Source: Acaryochloris marina MBIC11017
Lineage (GTDB): Bacteria > Cyanobacteriota > Cyanobacteriia > Thermosynechococcales > Thermosynechococcaceae
Assembly (NCBI RefSeq): GCF_000018105.1
Contig: NC_009925.1
Span: 1,200,001-1,232,000, forward strand
Length of the DNA stretch: 32,000 nucleotides
Reading direction: 5' to 3'
Numbering within the stretch: the stretch's first letter is position 1; each line of letters opens with the position of its first letter. Below, piece after piece: positions 9,201 to 18,600 of the stretch. A model generated the notes under the pieces. It was given only the letters and a program-made list of their open reading frames with translations. It was not told the origin of the DNA and ran no database searches. The position numbers were made by a program, and so were the translations under genes.

Positions 9201-10166
9201 CTAGACGGTCTTAGGCCAGCTACCTGTTTTTTCCAGGAAGGGAGAATACTCTTGAAAGTTTGCCTGAAAGGGTAAGGCTGATTTTAGTAAGAAGCCTGCT
9301 TCCAGCTTGATTTGAATCAGTCGCTCTGCTCCTGCAAAAGACTGCAGATCGTCGCCATCCCAAATCACATCGGCCTTGCCGGTCAAGGTCAGCAAATCTC
9401 CCGTTTGAAAGTTGGGGAACAGAAGTCCAACCCGTGGATCGAGGATCAAGTTACCGATGGTATTGAACGCCAGGTTGCCTGCAAAGTCTGGGAAGGTCAG
9501 AGTTTGGGCATCATCCACCCGGATAAAGCCAGGTTTACCGCCTCGATGGGAGACATCGACACCATGGGCTAGGTTAGACGTGCTATCGGCATAGCGAGTG
9601 GCAATAAAGAAGGTATCAGCCGATTCAACGACCGCTTGAAGATCTGAATCCAAGGCGTCAACAGCCGTCAATGCAGCCGGGGGAGCTTGTTCAGGTATAA
9701 GTTGCACGTCGCGAGTCTGAATGTATTGGGGACAGTTGCCAAAGGTTTGCTTCACCTCCACAACAAATCCTTCAGAAGTGATCTGCTGGATCACCCCATT
9801 CATCCGATTACGTCGTCGAGTGGGTAGTTCTATCCCTAACAGCCCCACATCAGCGCCTACCTTTAGGTTTTGCTGGAGCGGGTCACCGGCGATGGGTTGG
9901 GTTTGAATGCTCAGGGTCTGCGGATTTGGGGAGGAGATAAAACCGGGCTGTCCCGCCACCATCGAAGCCCAAGGATGTCCCTCCTGATCAACGCTACCCA
10001 CGAGAAGGAAGGGCAGCTGCGGATAAAAGGTCCGATGCTGTTCTGGCAGGAAGTCACGGATAATGCGACGTCCTTGTTTTTCCATGCGATCGCGAATCCC
10101 ATACCGCTCTTGAACCGCTTGTTCGCCTGCATGAAAGGGAGATGTTTCTCTTGTCCAGCCTGACAT
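9201..10166 (-). CDS. Pyridoxamine 5'-phosphate oxidase-like FMN-binding (split-barrel) family protein
   Basis: 321-aa ORF. Its N-terminal sequence (FHAGEQAVQERYGIRDRMEKQGRRIIRDFLPEQHRTFYPQLPFLLVGSVDQEGHPWAS) and a second barrel-like half (FFIATRYAD...SHRGGKPGFIRV) are typical of PNPOx-related proteins. Family call is from motif memory. Confidence 0.6.
   Translation of the reverse strand: MSGWTRETSPFHAGEQAVQERYGIRDRMEKQGRRIIRDFLPEQHRTFYPQLPFLLVGSVDQEGHPWASMVAGQPGFISSPNPQTLSIQTQPIAGDPLQQNLKVGADVGLLGIELPTRRRNRMNGVIQQITSEGFVVEVKQTFGNCPQYIQTRDVQLIPEQAPPAALTAVDALDSDLQAVVESADTFFIATRYADSTSNLAHGVDVSHRGGKPGFIRVDDAQTLTFPDFAGNLAFNTIGNLILDPRVGLLFPNFQTGDLLTLTGKADVIWDGDDLQSFAGAERLIQIKLEAGFLLKSALPFQANFQEYSPFLEKTGSWPKTV
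10086..10093. repeat. HIP1 octamer GCGATCGC
   Basis: Exact match. Confidence 0.9.
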
Positions 10167-10200
10167 GGGGATGACCTCTTCAATTCACTCTAAAAACCGA

Positions 10201-10608
10201 TTAACCTGCCGCAATAAATTCCATCCGAATGCCGCCAGGGATGTAGCACATCATGTGGTGCATAGGAGAACCGCCTAGGGATTCGGGGGCAAACTCAATT
10301 TCAACATCAGGGGTCTGAGTCAGGGTTTGGTGTAATTCATTTAAGACAGTCAGGCTTTCCATTTTGAGGGCAAAGTGATGTAAACCAATCACATTTTTGC
10401 GATCAAAAGGGGTGGCCTGTTCTGGGTTCACAGCTTGCCACAGGGTAATCATAATCGTGCCGTCGGAAACAAACACGGCAGGGTAATCCGGTTTTTCACC
10501 GACTTGCTTGAATCCGAGGGTGTCGACAAAGAAAGTCCGAGTCTGTTGGAGATCGGGAACGGTTAATCCAATATGGTGGGCGCCTTGAGTGGCTGCGGAG
10601 TTAGTCAT
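10201..10608 (-). CDS. VOC family protein (glyoxalase / bleomycin resistance / extradiol dioxygenase fold)
   Basis: 135-aa ORF with HHIGLTVPDL...FFVDTLGF at the N-terminus and HHFALKM in the second half, the typical paired beta-alpha-beta-beta-beta metal ligand pattern. An AAGGAA RBS lies about 7 nt upstream of the ATG. Confidence 0.85.
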   Translation of the reverse strand: MTNSAATQGAHHIGLTVPDLQQTRTFFVDTLGFKQVGEKPDYPAVFVSDGTIMITLWQAVNPEQATPFDRKNVIGLHHFALKMESLTVLNELHQTLTQTPDVEIEFAPESLGGSPMHHMMCYIPGGIRMEFIAAG

Positions 10609-10696
10609 GATGGATTTCCTTAAATTTCAATGGGAGGGGTATTGATGTGTCTAGAAGATGCCGCTAATGACATTTGGTATTGCTTTAATTAATTCA

Positions 10697-10725
10697 TTTA
10701 TACAGACAGGTCTGTCTATTGTCAA
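10697..10725 (-). promoter_or_regulatory. Near-consensus sigma70-type promoter upstream of the VOC gene
   Basis: The minus strand reads TTGACA (complement of 10720-10725), a 17-nt spacer ATAGACAGACCTGTCTG, then TATAAA (complement of 10697-10702). This is about 90 nt upstream of the VOC start codon. Confidence 0.55.
10704..10717. promoter_or_regulatory. Palindromic operator candidate (AGACAG-GT-CTGTCT), possibly for the TetR encoded by 7834-8415
   Basis: Perfect 6+6 inverted repeat lying entirely inside the 17-nt spacer of the promoter above. This is the classical position for a TetR-type repressor. Confidence 0.45.
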
Positions 10726-11434
10726 GAGATGAGGTAACTTTAGTCGCAAGTATCTAGCGACGTATTGGCAATCTCTAGAGCGTGTCTGGGATTATATCTC
10801 TCTCTTTAATCGCCTTCTCGATGTAGAACGTCTCTCAAATCATTACAATTCAGGCAATCAACTTAATTCTTCTCAATCGTCGATATGCCTGTAGCTATAA
10901 AATTCATTGAGTTCAAACATCTCATACTCAACCATTTTTTTAGTCAAGCAGCTCTTCGAAGACGTAACTCATAACCTCACCATTTTCTTCAATAATTTCA
11001 TCAAAACTAATACCATCATTCAGCTCAATATCTATTGCGCTTAAATTCTCGACTTTTACTTTATCCATTTCATAAATGTAGAGCTTAGAATAGTCAATTA
11101 CACTTTGACTTAAGTCAACCTCTCTGAGCTTTAGCCTGCAACACAAAAGTCTTTTAAGCTGGGTAAATCTAAGACTGGATCTAGAGATTAAAGCTTCTGT
11201 AAAGCTTGATTCGCTTAAGTTAGCATGATCAAATATCGTCTTCTTTAAATGAACTTGGTTAAAATTTGATCTTCTCAAGTCAGCATCAGTAACATCACAC
11301 TTAGAGATGTCAGTTTTATAGAATCTTGAATTTTGCAACATCGAACCACAAAAATCGGCGTTGCTCAATGACGGGATGAATTTGATTGCGTCAGGATAAC
11401 CTCATGACTATTTCGAACATCATGAGGAATCTGT

Positions 11435-12263
11435 ATGAAGTGTCCAGAGTGTGGATACTGTTGGCGAATGTGCTACAAGTATGAAATTTAAAATACTACG
11501 CACGGAACAACCTACAGAATTTCGTTTCACTTATGATCCTGTAATACACGTGTAGTTGCATTTGTAATACTTTCGCCGACAGTATCAGTGTGGTGGTCAA
11601 CATATCCATAAGAATGGGCATCGTCGAGGTAAACAAAATCATATTTGTGTGGCCTGTGGACGACAGTTTCTTTCAACTTACTCAAAGCGTGGATACAGTG
11701 ATTGGACGAAACGACTCTGCCTGAGAATGTATGTCAACGGAATGGGGTTACAAGGTATCGAACGAGTCATAGGCGTTGCTCATACCACTGTGATCCGTTG
11801 GGTTCAACAAGTTGGAGTTCTATTACCCGATGCTTATGACCCTGACGATATCCCCCAGGTAGGAGAATTAGATGAACTCGAAACCTTCGTGGGCCAAAAA
11901 CGCAACAAGGTCTGGATTTGGACTGTGGTGGATCATTTTCACCCCGGCATTCTAGGCTGGGTTGTGGGTGACCATAGTGCTGAGACCTTTCGACCGTTAT
12001 GGCAAGCAATCGTCTGTTGGCAATGTTTTTTCTGGGTCAGTGATGGCAATCCCGTCTATCCAGGCTTTATCCCAGAGGGTGACCAGATTGTTAGCAAGAC
12101 CTACATGACACGAGTAGAGGGAGAAAACACGCGTTTACGACATTACTTGGCACGGCTCCATCGCAAGACTTTATGTTATTCAAAGTCGGTGGACATGCTC
12201 AAGCATTCAATTCGACTATTGATCCACTATCTCAAGTTTGGTGAAGTACCTATTCCTGCGTGA
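11435..12263 (+). pseudogene. IS1-family transposase gene, disrupted in its zinc-finger coding region
   Basis: ATG 11435 gives MKCPECG and then runs into the insert, with a stop after 18 codons. Removing 11455-11593 restores MKCPECGGQHIHKNGHRRGKQNHICVACGRQFLSTYSKRGYS... continuous with track ORF 11649-12263. The stop TGA (12261-12263) abuts the right IR. Confidence 0.85.
11455..11586. mobile_element. MITE-like non-autonomous element (132 bp) inside the IS1 transposase gene
   Basis: It is flanked by a 7-bp direct repeat AGTGTGG (11448-11454 and 11587-11593). Its terminal inverted repeats are (G)ATACTGTTGGCGAATGTGCTACAAGT and the complement of ACAAATGTAATACTTTCGCCGACAGTAT(C), matching at 22 of 27 positions. 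It has no coding capacity. The boundary is ambiguous by 1 nt (6-bp TSD if the G/C pair belongs to the TIR). Confidence 0.7.
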
Positions 12264-12544
12264 GTCATCCCGTCATTGAGCAACGCCCAAAATTCTACCC
12301 CTCTAATATCTGTTTTAACAATCTCCGAATTATTTAGAATGGCACCATTTAGATCTAAATCTTGAATTAGTAGCCTACTCAATACTAGCCCTTCCAGGAA
12401 TTCGCCACTAAAATCTCTATGACCATCAGCATATCTTTCTATAAATTCATTGCTGTCCATAGCCGTGAAATCCATTGAGTCTTATCCTACAAGGGATATT
12501 TCAGATTCTTTAGTGCCATTAGAAGCCGAAATTGATTTTTTGGG

Positions 12545-14200
12545 TTATTTCTTAGACTTTAAAGCCAATAAAAACTCGCTGGTCAAGGTGGATGAATCCG
12601 TTTGGGCATTCGCCATGCCGATACCTCGAATAGAGTTAAGAATAGCTTTTACCTCTGGTGTATTAAACTCACTATTGTTCGCTACATCGGGATAACTAAA
12701 CAATAGTTGATTCACCTCCTCCATATTGACGTAGAAATAACCTGAGTCTTGGGGTAAAGATTGCGTCACAGATTGGAAAATATCGCTCTTGTCTAGAGTC
12801 TTTTTAGGGCGATTCGCCATGACTTGAGCAATAGGTTGGCCCACGGTGACAAACATAGTGTTGTCATCTAGCCATCCCCGCCCAATCACGTTTTGTCCTA
12901 AGGGGGGAACTTGCCAATGGGTGACCTTCACGTCGCCAATTTTACTGTTGGAGATTTTTATATTATTTTGCTTGGCAAAGGTATCCAGCTTGGCAAACGT
13001 GGCGGTAGCTTTTTTGCGATCGCTCGTATCAAACACCAACGCACCCCCAAACCCAACGGGTTCGAGAATACCTTCCTTACTGGGAATCAGGGCAAACCCC
13101 ACCTCTCCATCCATCCAGCTAATAATGTCTCGATCCAAATCTAGCCGAGTGGTTTGACGCACATAGATTCGGATTGCATCGATGGCAGAGGCAAATTCAG
13201 GAATGTTCGAAAAATGGTCAACATAAAGCGGCCACTGTTTCTTGATATTTCCTCCATTCGCAGACAACAACGTATTGGCAGGAAAGCGAGAGATAATCTT
13301 GCCGGGAATGGGGTCAAATTGACCTTTCCACAGCTTCGGATCGAATTGAGTCACACTTCTGAAGCGAATCCCCTGATCGTCAATTCCCATGCCCACGGAA
13401 ACTGATTTCACCTGCTTGAACCGCTCTTCAAGTTCTGGCGGTATCTCAGGCGCATCTGCTTCATCCAAGATATCCAGTTGATCAATAATTTCGGCATAGT
13501 CTAGGATATGGAACTGGGCCACTGAATTTTCTAATTCGAGGGATTGAAAGGCTTTAGCCGACACTCCAGTTGTCCCTAAAGAAGGAGCCCCCTGAGAGGC
13601 ATCAATGGCTTTTTTGACCGTCGTTACTTGATCCGATGCTGCCAGGTGGTTCTCCAGAATCGCAACGTATCCGGGGTTATCCGACTTTTCGGCCCCTATT
13701 TTGACAATCTCTACCCCTTTATATTGCTTGGTTTCTTGGATATTTAAGCTATCCTCTTTTTTCACCTTGTTATAGAAATCTAAGGCTGCGAGTTTATCCT
13801 TAATGCCAATCACCACTAAGAACTCGGGCGTCCCACCCGACTTCTCCTCCGGTAAAAATGCCATCATGGCGTTCCCCAGCCAGGGTTTGAAATCTTTGCT
13901 GTAGCTCAAATTATCTTCAGCTAATTCCTGATCCAGTTCCTTGATTAAGGTGTCTAAGCCCTCTTTATAGAGTTTCTGAGCCTCTGAAGTCCCAAACTGT
14001 TCTAGCTTCTGCCAGGCTTCAAAATCGAGATTAATGGAGGCCGTCATCCATGCTTCATCGGGTACTATTTTTGCGATCGCTAACGTACTGGTTCCTTGCT
14101 GAGCCGGAATCACCTTGAGATACAGGTAGGCTGCCACACCGCCTAAGCCCAGCACACCAGCAATTATTCCCGGAATAATGTACTTCCACTTTTTGGCCAT
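12545..14200 (-). CDS. Conserved cyanobacterial membrane-anchored protein, DUF3352-like
   Basis: Long ORF (track 12545-14227). The likely start is the second Met (MAKKWKYIIPGIIAGVLGLGGVAAYLYL), which gives an N-terminal TM anchor followed by a large soluble domain. Size and layout match what I recall for DUF3352. Family assignment is unverified. Confidence 0.6.
   Translation of the reverse strand: MAKKWKYIIPGIIAGVLGLGGVAAYLYLKVIPAQQGTSTLAIAKIVPDEAWMTASINLDFEAWQKLEQFGTSEAQKLYKEGLDTLIKELDQELAEDNLSYSKDFKPWLGNAMMAFLPEEKSGGTPEFLVVIGIKDKLAALDFYNKVKKEDSLNIQETKQYKGVEIVKIGAEKSDNPGYVAILENHLAASDQVTTVKKAIDASQGAPSLGTTGVSAKAFQSLELENSVAQFHILDYAEIIDQLDILDEADAPEIPPELEERFKQVKSVSVGMGIDDQGIRFRSVTQFDPKLWKGQFDPIPGKIISRFPANTLLSANGGNIKKQWPLYVDHFSNIPEFASAIDAIRIYVRQTTRLDLDRDIISWMDGEVGFALIPSKEGILEPVGFGGALVFDTSDRKKATATFAKLDTFAKQNNIKISNSKIGDVKVTHWQVPPLGQNVIGRGWLDDNTMFVTVGQPIAQVMANRPKKTLDKSDIFQSVTQSLPQDSGYFYVNMEEVNQLLFSYPDVANNSEFNTPEVKAILNSIRGIGMANAQTDSSTLTSEFLLALKSKK
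13016..13023. repeat. HIP1 octamer GCGATCGC
   Basis: Exact match. Confidence 0.9.
14073..14080. repeat. HIP1 octamer GCGATCGC
   Basis: Exact match. Confidence 0.9.
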
Positions 14201-14300
14201 GATGATACCCCACACCTGATTTTCCATTGACGGACTCTAGCTAAAGTCTTCCCGTTTCATCAGAGTGATGAACAGTTATTTCTACAGGTTCGTCTTTCAC

Positions 14301-15660
14301 TCATCTGGAAACGACGACATCTTGAAGCGGAGCATCGTTTAAATAGCCTTGCCACATCTGTTGAAAAGCACTTTCCAAAGAAGCCACAAATTGCTCCACC
14401 TGAAAGAGGGCAGGGTAAGTCTCCGGGGACTGTAGTTGTCGCTTTAACCCATTGCGGATCTCAGCTAATTCCGCTGGATGAGTGGCTAAGTGAATGGCTC
14501 GCTGTTCATAGTCGGCAACGCTTTTACAGATCAGTGACTCTAATCCCGCCGCCGCACAGATACTCGCCCCCATGCGTGACGCATTTGTGGGGCCGGGACA
14601 AGTGAGCATTGGTAATCCTGACCAGCAGGTCGCCACTGCCGTTGAACCGGCGTTATAGACAAAGGTATCTAAATACAAATCCGCCAGCCCATATCGAGCC
14701 AGGTAATCTTCATGGGCGATTTTAGGGGCAAAAACAAGTCGGTCTGGGTTCACGCCCCGCTGCTTGGCTTCAGTCCGCAAGTTACCCATCACCGTTTCAG
14801 CCCCCTCTATTAGCCAAAGAACGGAGTCCGGCACCTGCTGCAAAATTCGCATCCAGACATCAAATAGATCCGGCGTAATTTTGTAGTGAGAATTGAAGCA
14901 GCAGAACACAAACCCCGACTCAGGCACCCCAAACTCAGCACGGGTCATGGGGCGATCAGAGATCGCCAAGGGAGACCCCACAAACGCATGGGGGAGATAG
15001 ACAATTTTTTCCGTGTAGGACTGGGCAATTTCAGGCGAAATCAGCCACTGATCCGCCAGGGCATATTGGATAAACTCCGCCCCCATCGTATCGGGATAGC
15101 CTAACCATTGAGCTTGAATCGGCGCAGGCTGCAGAGACAGGACAGACGCCGCATTGCCAATGGTATAGCCCGCCAGATCCACCAAAATCTGAATCCCATC
15201 GTCGTAGATACGCTGGGCGGTCTGCTCGGTTGAGAGCGGAGATAAGTCAACAAAGGCATCACAGCCCGTTTGAATCTGTTGGGTGATGTGATCTTCGACA
15301 TCAACGGTCGTATAAGCAACAATCTCATACTGATCGCGGTTGTGGTGGGGAAACAGGTCAACCACCAAACGCCCAACGGCATGATCGCGCAGGTCAGGAG
15401 AAAGATAGCCAATCCGTAGTTTAGGGGTTGCTTTACAAGGATGGGCAAAGGTCAGAGAAGACCTCAGTTGGGCAACGGCTCGTTGGGCATTTTGAGCTTG
15501 GTTGCGGGCCGCCGCTTGATGCAGCTCTAACGGAAAATTAAAGGTGCTGAGAACAAAGGGATTGGGAGTATATTTCGCCGTAAAAGACTCCGCAATCATC
15601 TGCTGTAAGCGTTGCACCTGAGCCTCATAATCCTGCCAGTTACACAGCTTGATCTTGACT
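14301..15660 (-). other. Domain: canonical GT41 (O-GlcNAc-transferase-like) catalytic module
   Basis: LRIGYLSPDLRDHAVGRLV, ILVDLAGYT, QAQWLGYPDTMG, FVFCCFNSHYKITPDLFDVWMRIL and LDTFVYNAGSTAVATCWSGLPMLT are typical of TPR-GT41 proteins. Confidence 0.8.
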
Positions 15661-18600
15661 AAGCTGATAAAGAACCAGAGGGAATGGGTTTCGGGGTTCC
15701 CCTGCAAGGCCCGTTCGTAACAGGCTAAAGCCTCTTCTGACTTGCCCTGATATTCAAAAATTTGCCCCAAGCTAAAATGGGCTTCCGTATGCTGGGGTTC
15801 AGCCACAACCACTTTTTGATAATGCTCAATGGCAACGGCCATACGCCGCTGTTCTTTATAGAGGTTAGCCAAATTCAAATGGGCTGGGACGTAGTCCGGT
15901 TTTAGTTGTAAGGCTCGATAAAAACCAGCTTTAGCCCGTTCTGGCTGCTCATTCAGTTGCCAAATACTCGCCAGATTAGAATGGGCTTCGGCAAAGTTCG
16001 TGTTGAGCTGAAGGGCTTGTTGATAGCAGGCTTCGGCCTCTTGAATATTGCCCTGATTTTGGAGCAAGGTGCCCAAGTTGTTATAAGCGCCCCAATGATT
16101 CGGGTAGAGGTGAATCACTTCCCGTAAACAAGCTTCTGCTTCCGTGAGTTTGTTCTCTTTCTTCAGCTGTCGGCTGCGCTCAAATAAGGCTTGCACCGTG
16201 GAGGGGGCCGCTAGGGTGGTAGCAGGAGTAGCCGAAGGTGAGGACGGTTCAAACCCATTCAAAGCGAGGGGATCATTTTTAAGTAAATGTTGCTGTAAGA
16301 GGTCATCAATGGGTTTTAAGGTACTTTCATCTTCTAAGAACACCTGCCCCACATATTCCAACCCTTGTCTTGCGGCAGGGTAGGGGTTCTGCAGAAAAAT
16401 CTCATCATGAACCATACAGGAGGACTGGGTTTTGGGATAAATCTGAGTCGCCAAGAAATGCTGATCAATGCCGTACCGCAACCCCAGATCGGCTTGGTCA
16501 ACCAGATGCTGCTCTACCAGTAGTTCCATGTCCAAGACATTGCCTTTGACCCCCCACATTCCTGCCAGCATGGGCACATTATGACGGGGATGATCGCGCA
16601 TAATATGGTACTTCTGGGGACTTTGGAGCCAAGCCTCCACCGCAGCTTTTTCTCGCAGATTCAGGCGAGAGTCGGCATCCCGACAAATCAACACCTCAAC
16701 ATCTGGATCAGCAGCGGGCAAGAACCGAGCAAATGACATCTTCCAGCCTCTATCTCCGTCTAGCTGAATGACTTCAACGTGGGAGCGGGCCTTTAATTGG
16801 TTAACCACCTCAGAGGGAACGGTCTGGTCCACATAGAAGCGACAAATCCAGCCGGGGTAGAGGGTCGGAGCTAAGTCTGCATTCTTAAGGGCACCCGTGG
16901 TGTACTTCGGGTTGGCACCCCACAGACTAAAGGCAATGACCCGTTGGCGCCGCCGGGAAGCGGACGGCGGATGCTCTTCTTCCAGCTCGGCAAACGAGGA
17001 GGGGAGCAACTGCTGTAATAAAGTCCCCACTTGAGCACCATAGGCTGGGCTATCCATAAAAGCAGGATTGGCGGCCATTTTTTGTTGAATCAGCGTCCGA
17101 TACTGCTGCCGTCGAGTCGAATCTTGGCCTAGCTGAATAGCCAATTCAACGTATCCCTGTTCATCTGTGGCAATTAAATCAGTTAAGTCAATTGATTCCA
17201 GTAAAGCTGGACCTTGCCGGGAGCGGAGCGAATGTCCGGCTTGAGTAACGACGGGAAGTCCTACTTCTAAGGGATCTAGAAGAGAGGTAACCCCCGTAAA
17301 GGGATAAGCATCGAGATAAACATCCGCAATCTGCAGCAGTTGTTTGACTTGTTCTCGGTTGGGAATCGGATCTTGAATGATCAGTCGGGAGGGGTCAATC
17401 CCGTCGCCTGCAAACAATGCAGCCATATGGTTACGAAAGGCTGAAACGGGATAGTGATGACTCCAAGCGGAGAAGGGATAGAGCAAAAGGACTGAGTTAG
17501 GGACTGCGGCTAATATCTGGGTCCATGTGATTCTTAGCTCGGGTATCAGTTTGAAAAAGTTAGCCCCGGACACAAAGACCACGGCATCATCAGCAATATT
17601 CAAATCGCGGCGGTAGTAGGAGGCGGCTGTCGGCTGCTGGGCACTAGGAGGAAAACGGTAGCAACAGGAGGGGCCAGCCCAAGTGACCAGCTTCTCACTA
17701 TATTGGCTCTGAAAGGTCTCAGCAGGGGTAGTAAGTTCCCCTGAGAGGTAGTAATCAATATTATTGATGCCAGAGGTGACGGGGGACGAATTAGCAGAAA
17801 CCTGAACTCGGGCCAGCCGATACATCGCTAATCGAGCAGTGGACTTATTGCCAACCGCAATATTGATCCCAAACAGCAAGATATCTAGGTCGTCATTCCG
17901 AATCCGTTGAACGGATTCCGGTAGGTCTTGAGGTAGGAGTACAAACTGATCGCATCGACTCCGGCAATAGGCTTCTAGAGGGTGATCTTGGCTAGACTCG
18001 GCGTAGAGAATGATTTCAAACTGCTGCCGATCTAAATGCTCATAGAATGGCAGGGTGGAAAAGGTCTCCGAATGAGGACTATAGGCTTGATTGAGAACAC
18101 CCAGGCGAATTTTTGATCGGTGCGAAGGTCTAGGTGAACCGTGCTGATGCACGGTCATTCCGCGATGTTCTAAACTGAATTCCGTAATCGCAGCCCACTT
18201 GATAAAGGTGTCTTTCAGGTTGAGATCGTTAAAGTAGATAGGCGCAAATACCGCTTCGGCGGCGACCGCAGCCACGCTTTGCCAAGAGGCTGAGTTGAGA
18301 TTTTGATGAATCTTGCGATGGATAAAGGTAAACCAATGGTTTAAATATTGGGCATACTGCTCTGACTCCCCCACGGCTTGAAAAAATAGAGGGACGGCCT
18401 GCATATAGGCGAGATAGTCATTCACCAACCACGATGGAATCGTAATCGGTTCAAACCAGCGCTCTGGAAGCTGATAGGCGGCGCGGTACGGCATCAGAGC
18501 GAGGAGTGACTGCACGGGATGGGTCGTCAATGCTGTCATCAGCGGTTCAATAAAGGCCTGCTCTGCAGCGGTGAGGGGTTCATAGCGCAGGTCATGGTTC

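Larger units (their letters stand above)
11357..12287 (+). mobile_element. IS1-family insertion sequence (931 bp, including a 139-bp secondary insertion)
   Basis: It has perfect 23-bp terminal inverted repeats, GGCGTTGCTCAATGACGGGATGA (11357-11379 and complement of 12265-12287). These are flanked by an 8-bp direct repeat with one mismatch: CAAAAATC (11349-11356) and CAAAATTC (12288-12295). The encoded protein aligns with IS1 InsB (DELETFVG, SDGNPVY, TRVEGENTRLRHYLARLHRKTLCYSKS). Confidence 0.88.
10940..12475 (-). pseudogene. Pentapeptide-repeat protein gene interrupted by an IS1-family element
   Basis: The N-terminal fragment (12288-12475, MDFTAMDSNEF...TDIRGVEF) and C-terminal fragment (10940-11348, CGSMLQNSRFYKTDISKCDVTDADLRRSNFNQVHLKKTIFDHANLSESSF...) join in frame once 11349-12287 is removed. 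That gives about 198 codons. A(D/N)LxX-type pentapeptide periodicity is visible. Confidence 0.8.

Noticed and set aside
11649-12263. Track ORF that could be taken as an intact 204-aa IS1 transposase.
   Set aside because: Its start is an internal GTG. The real N-terminus (MKCPECGG...HIHKNGHRRGKQNHIC zinc-finger) lies upstream and is separated from it by the 132-bp insert, so the gene is disrupted rather than intact.
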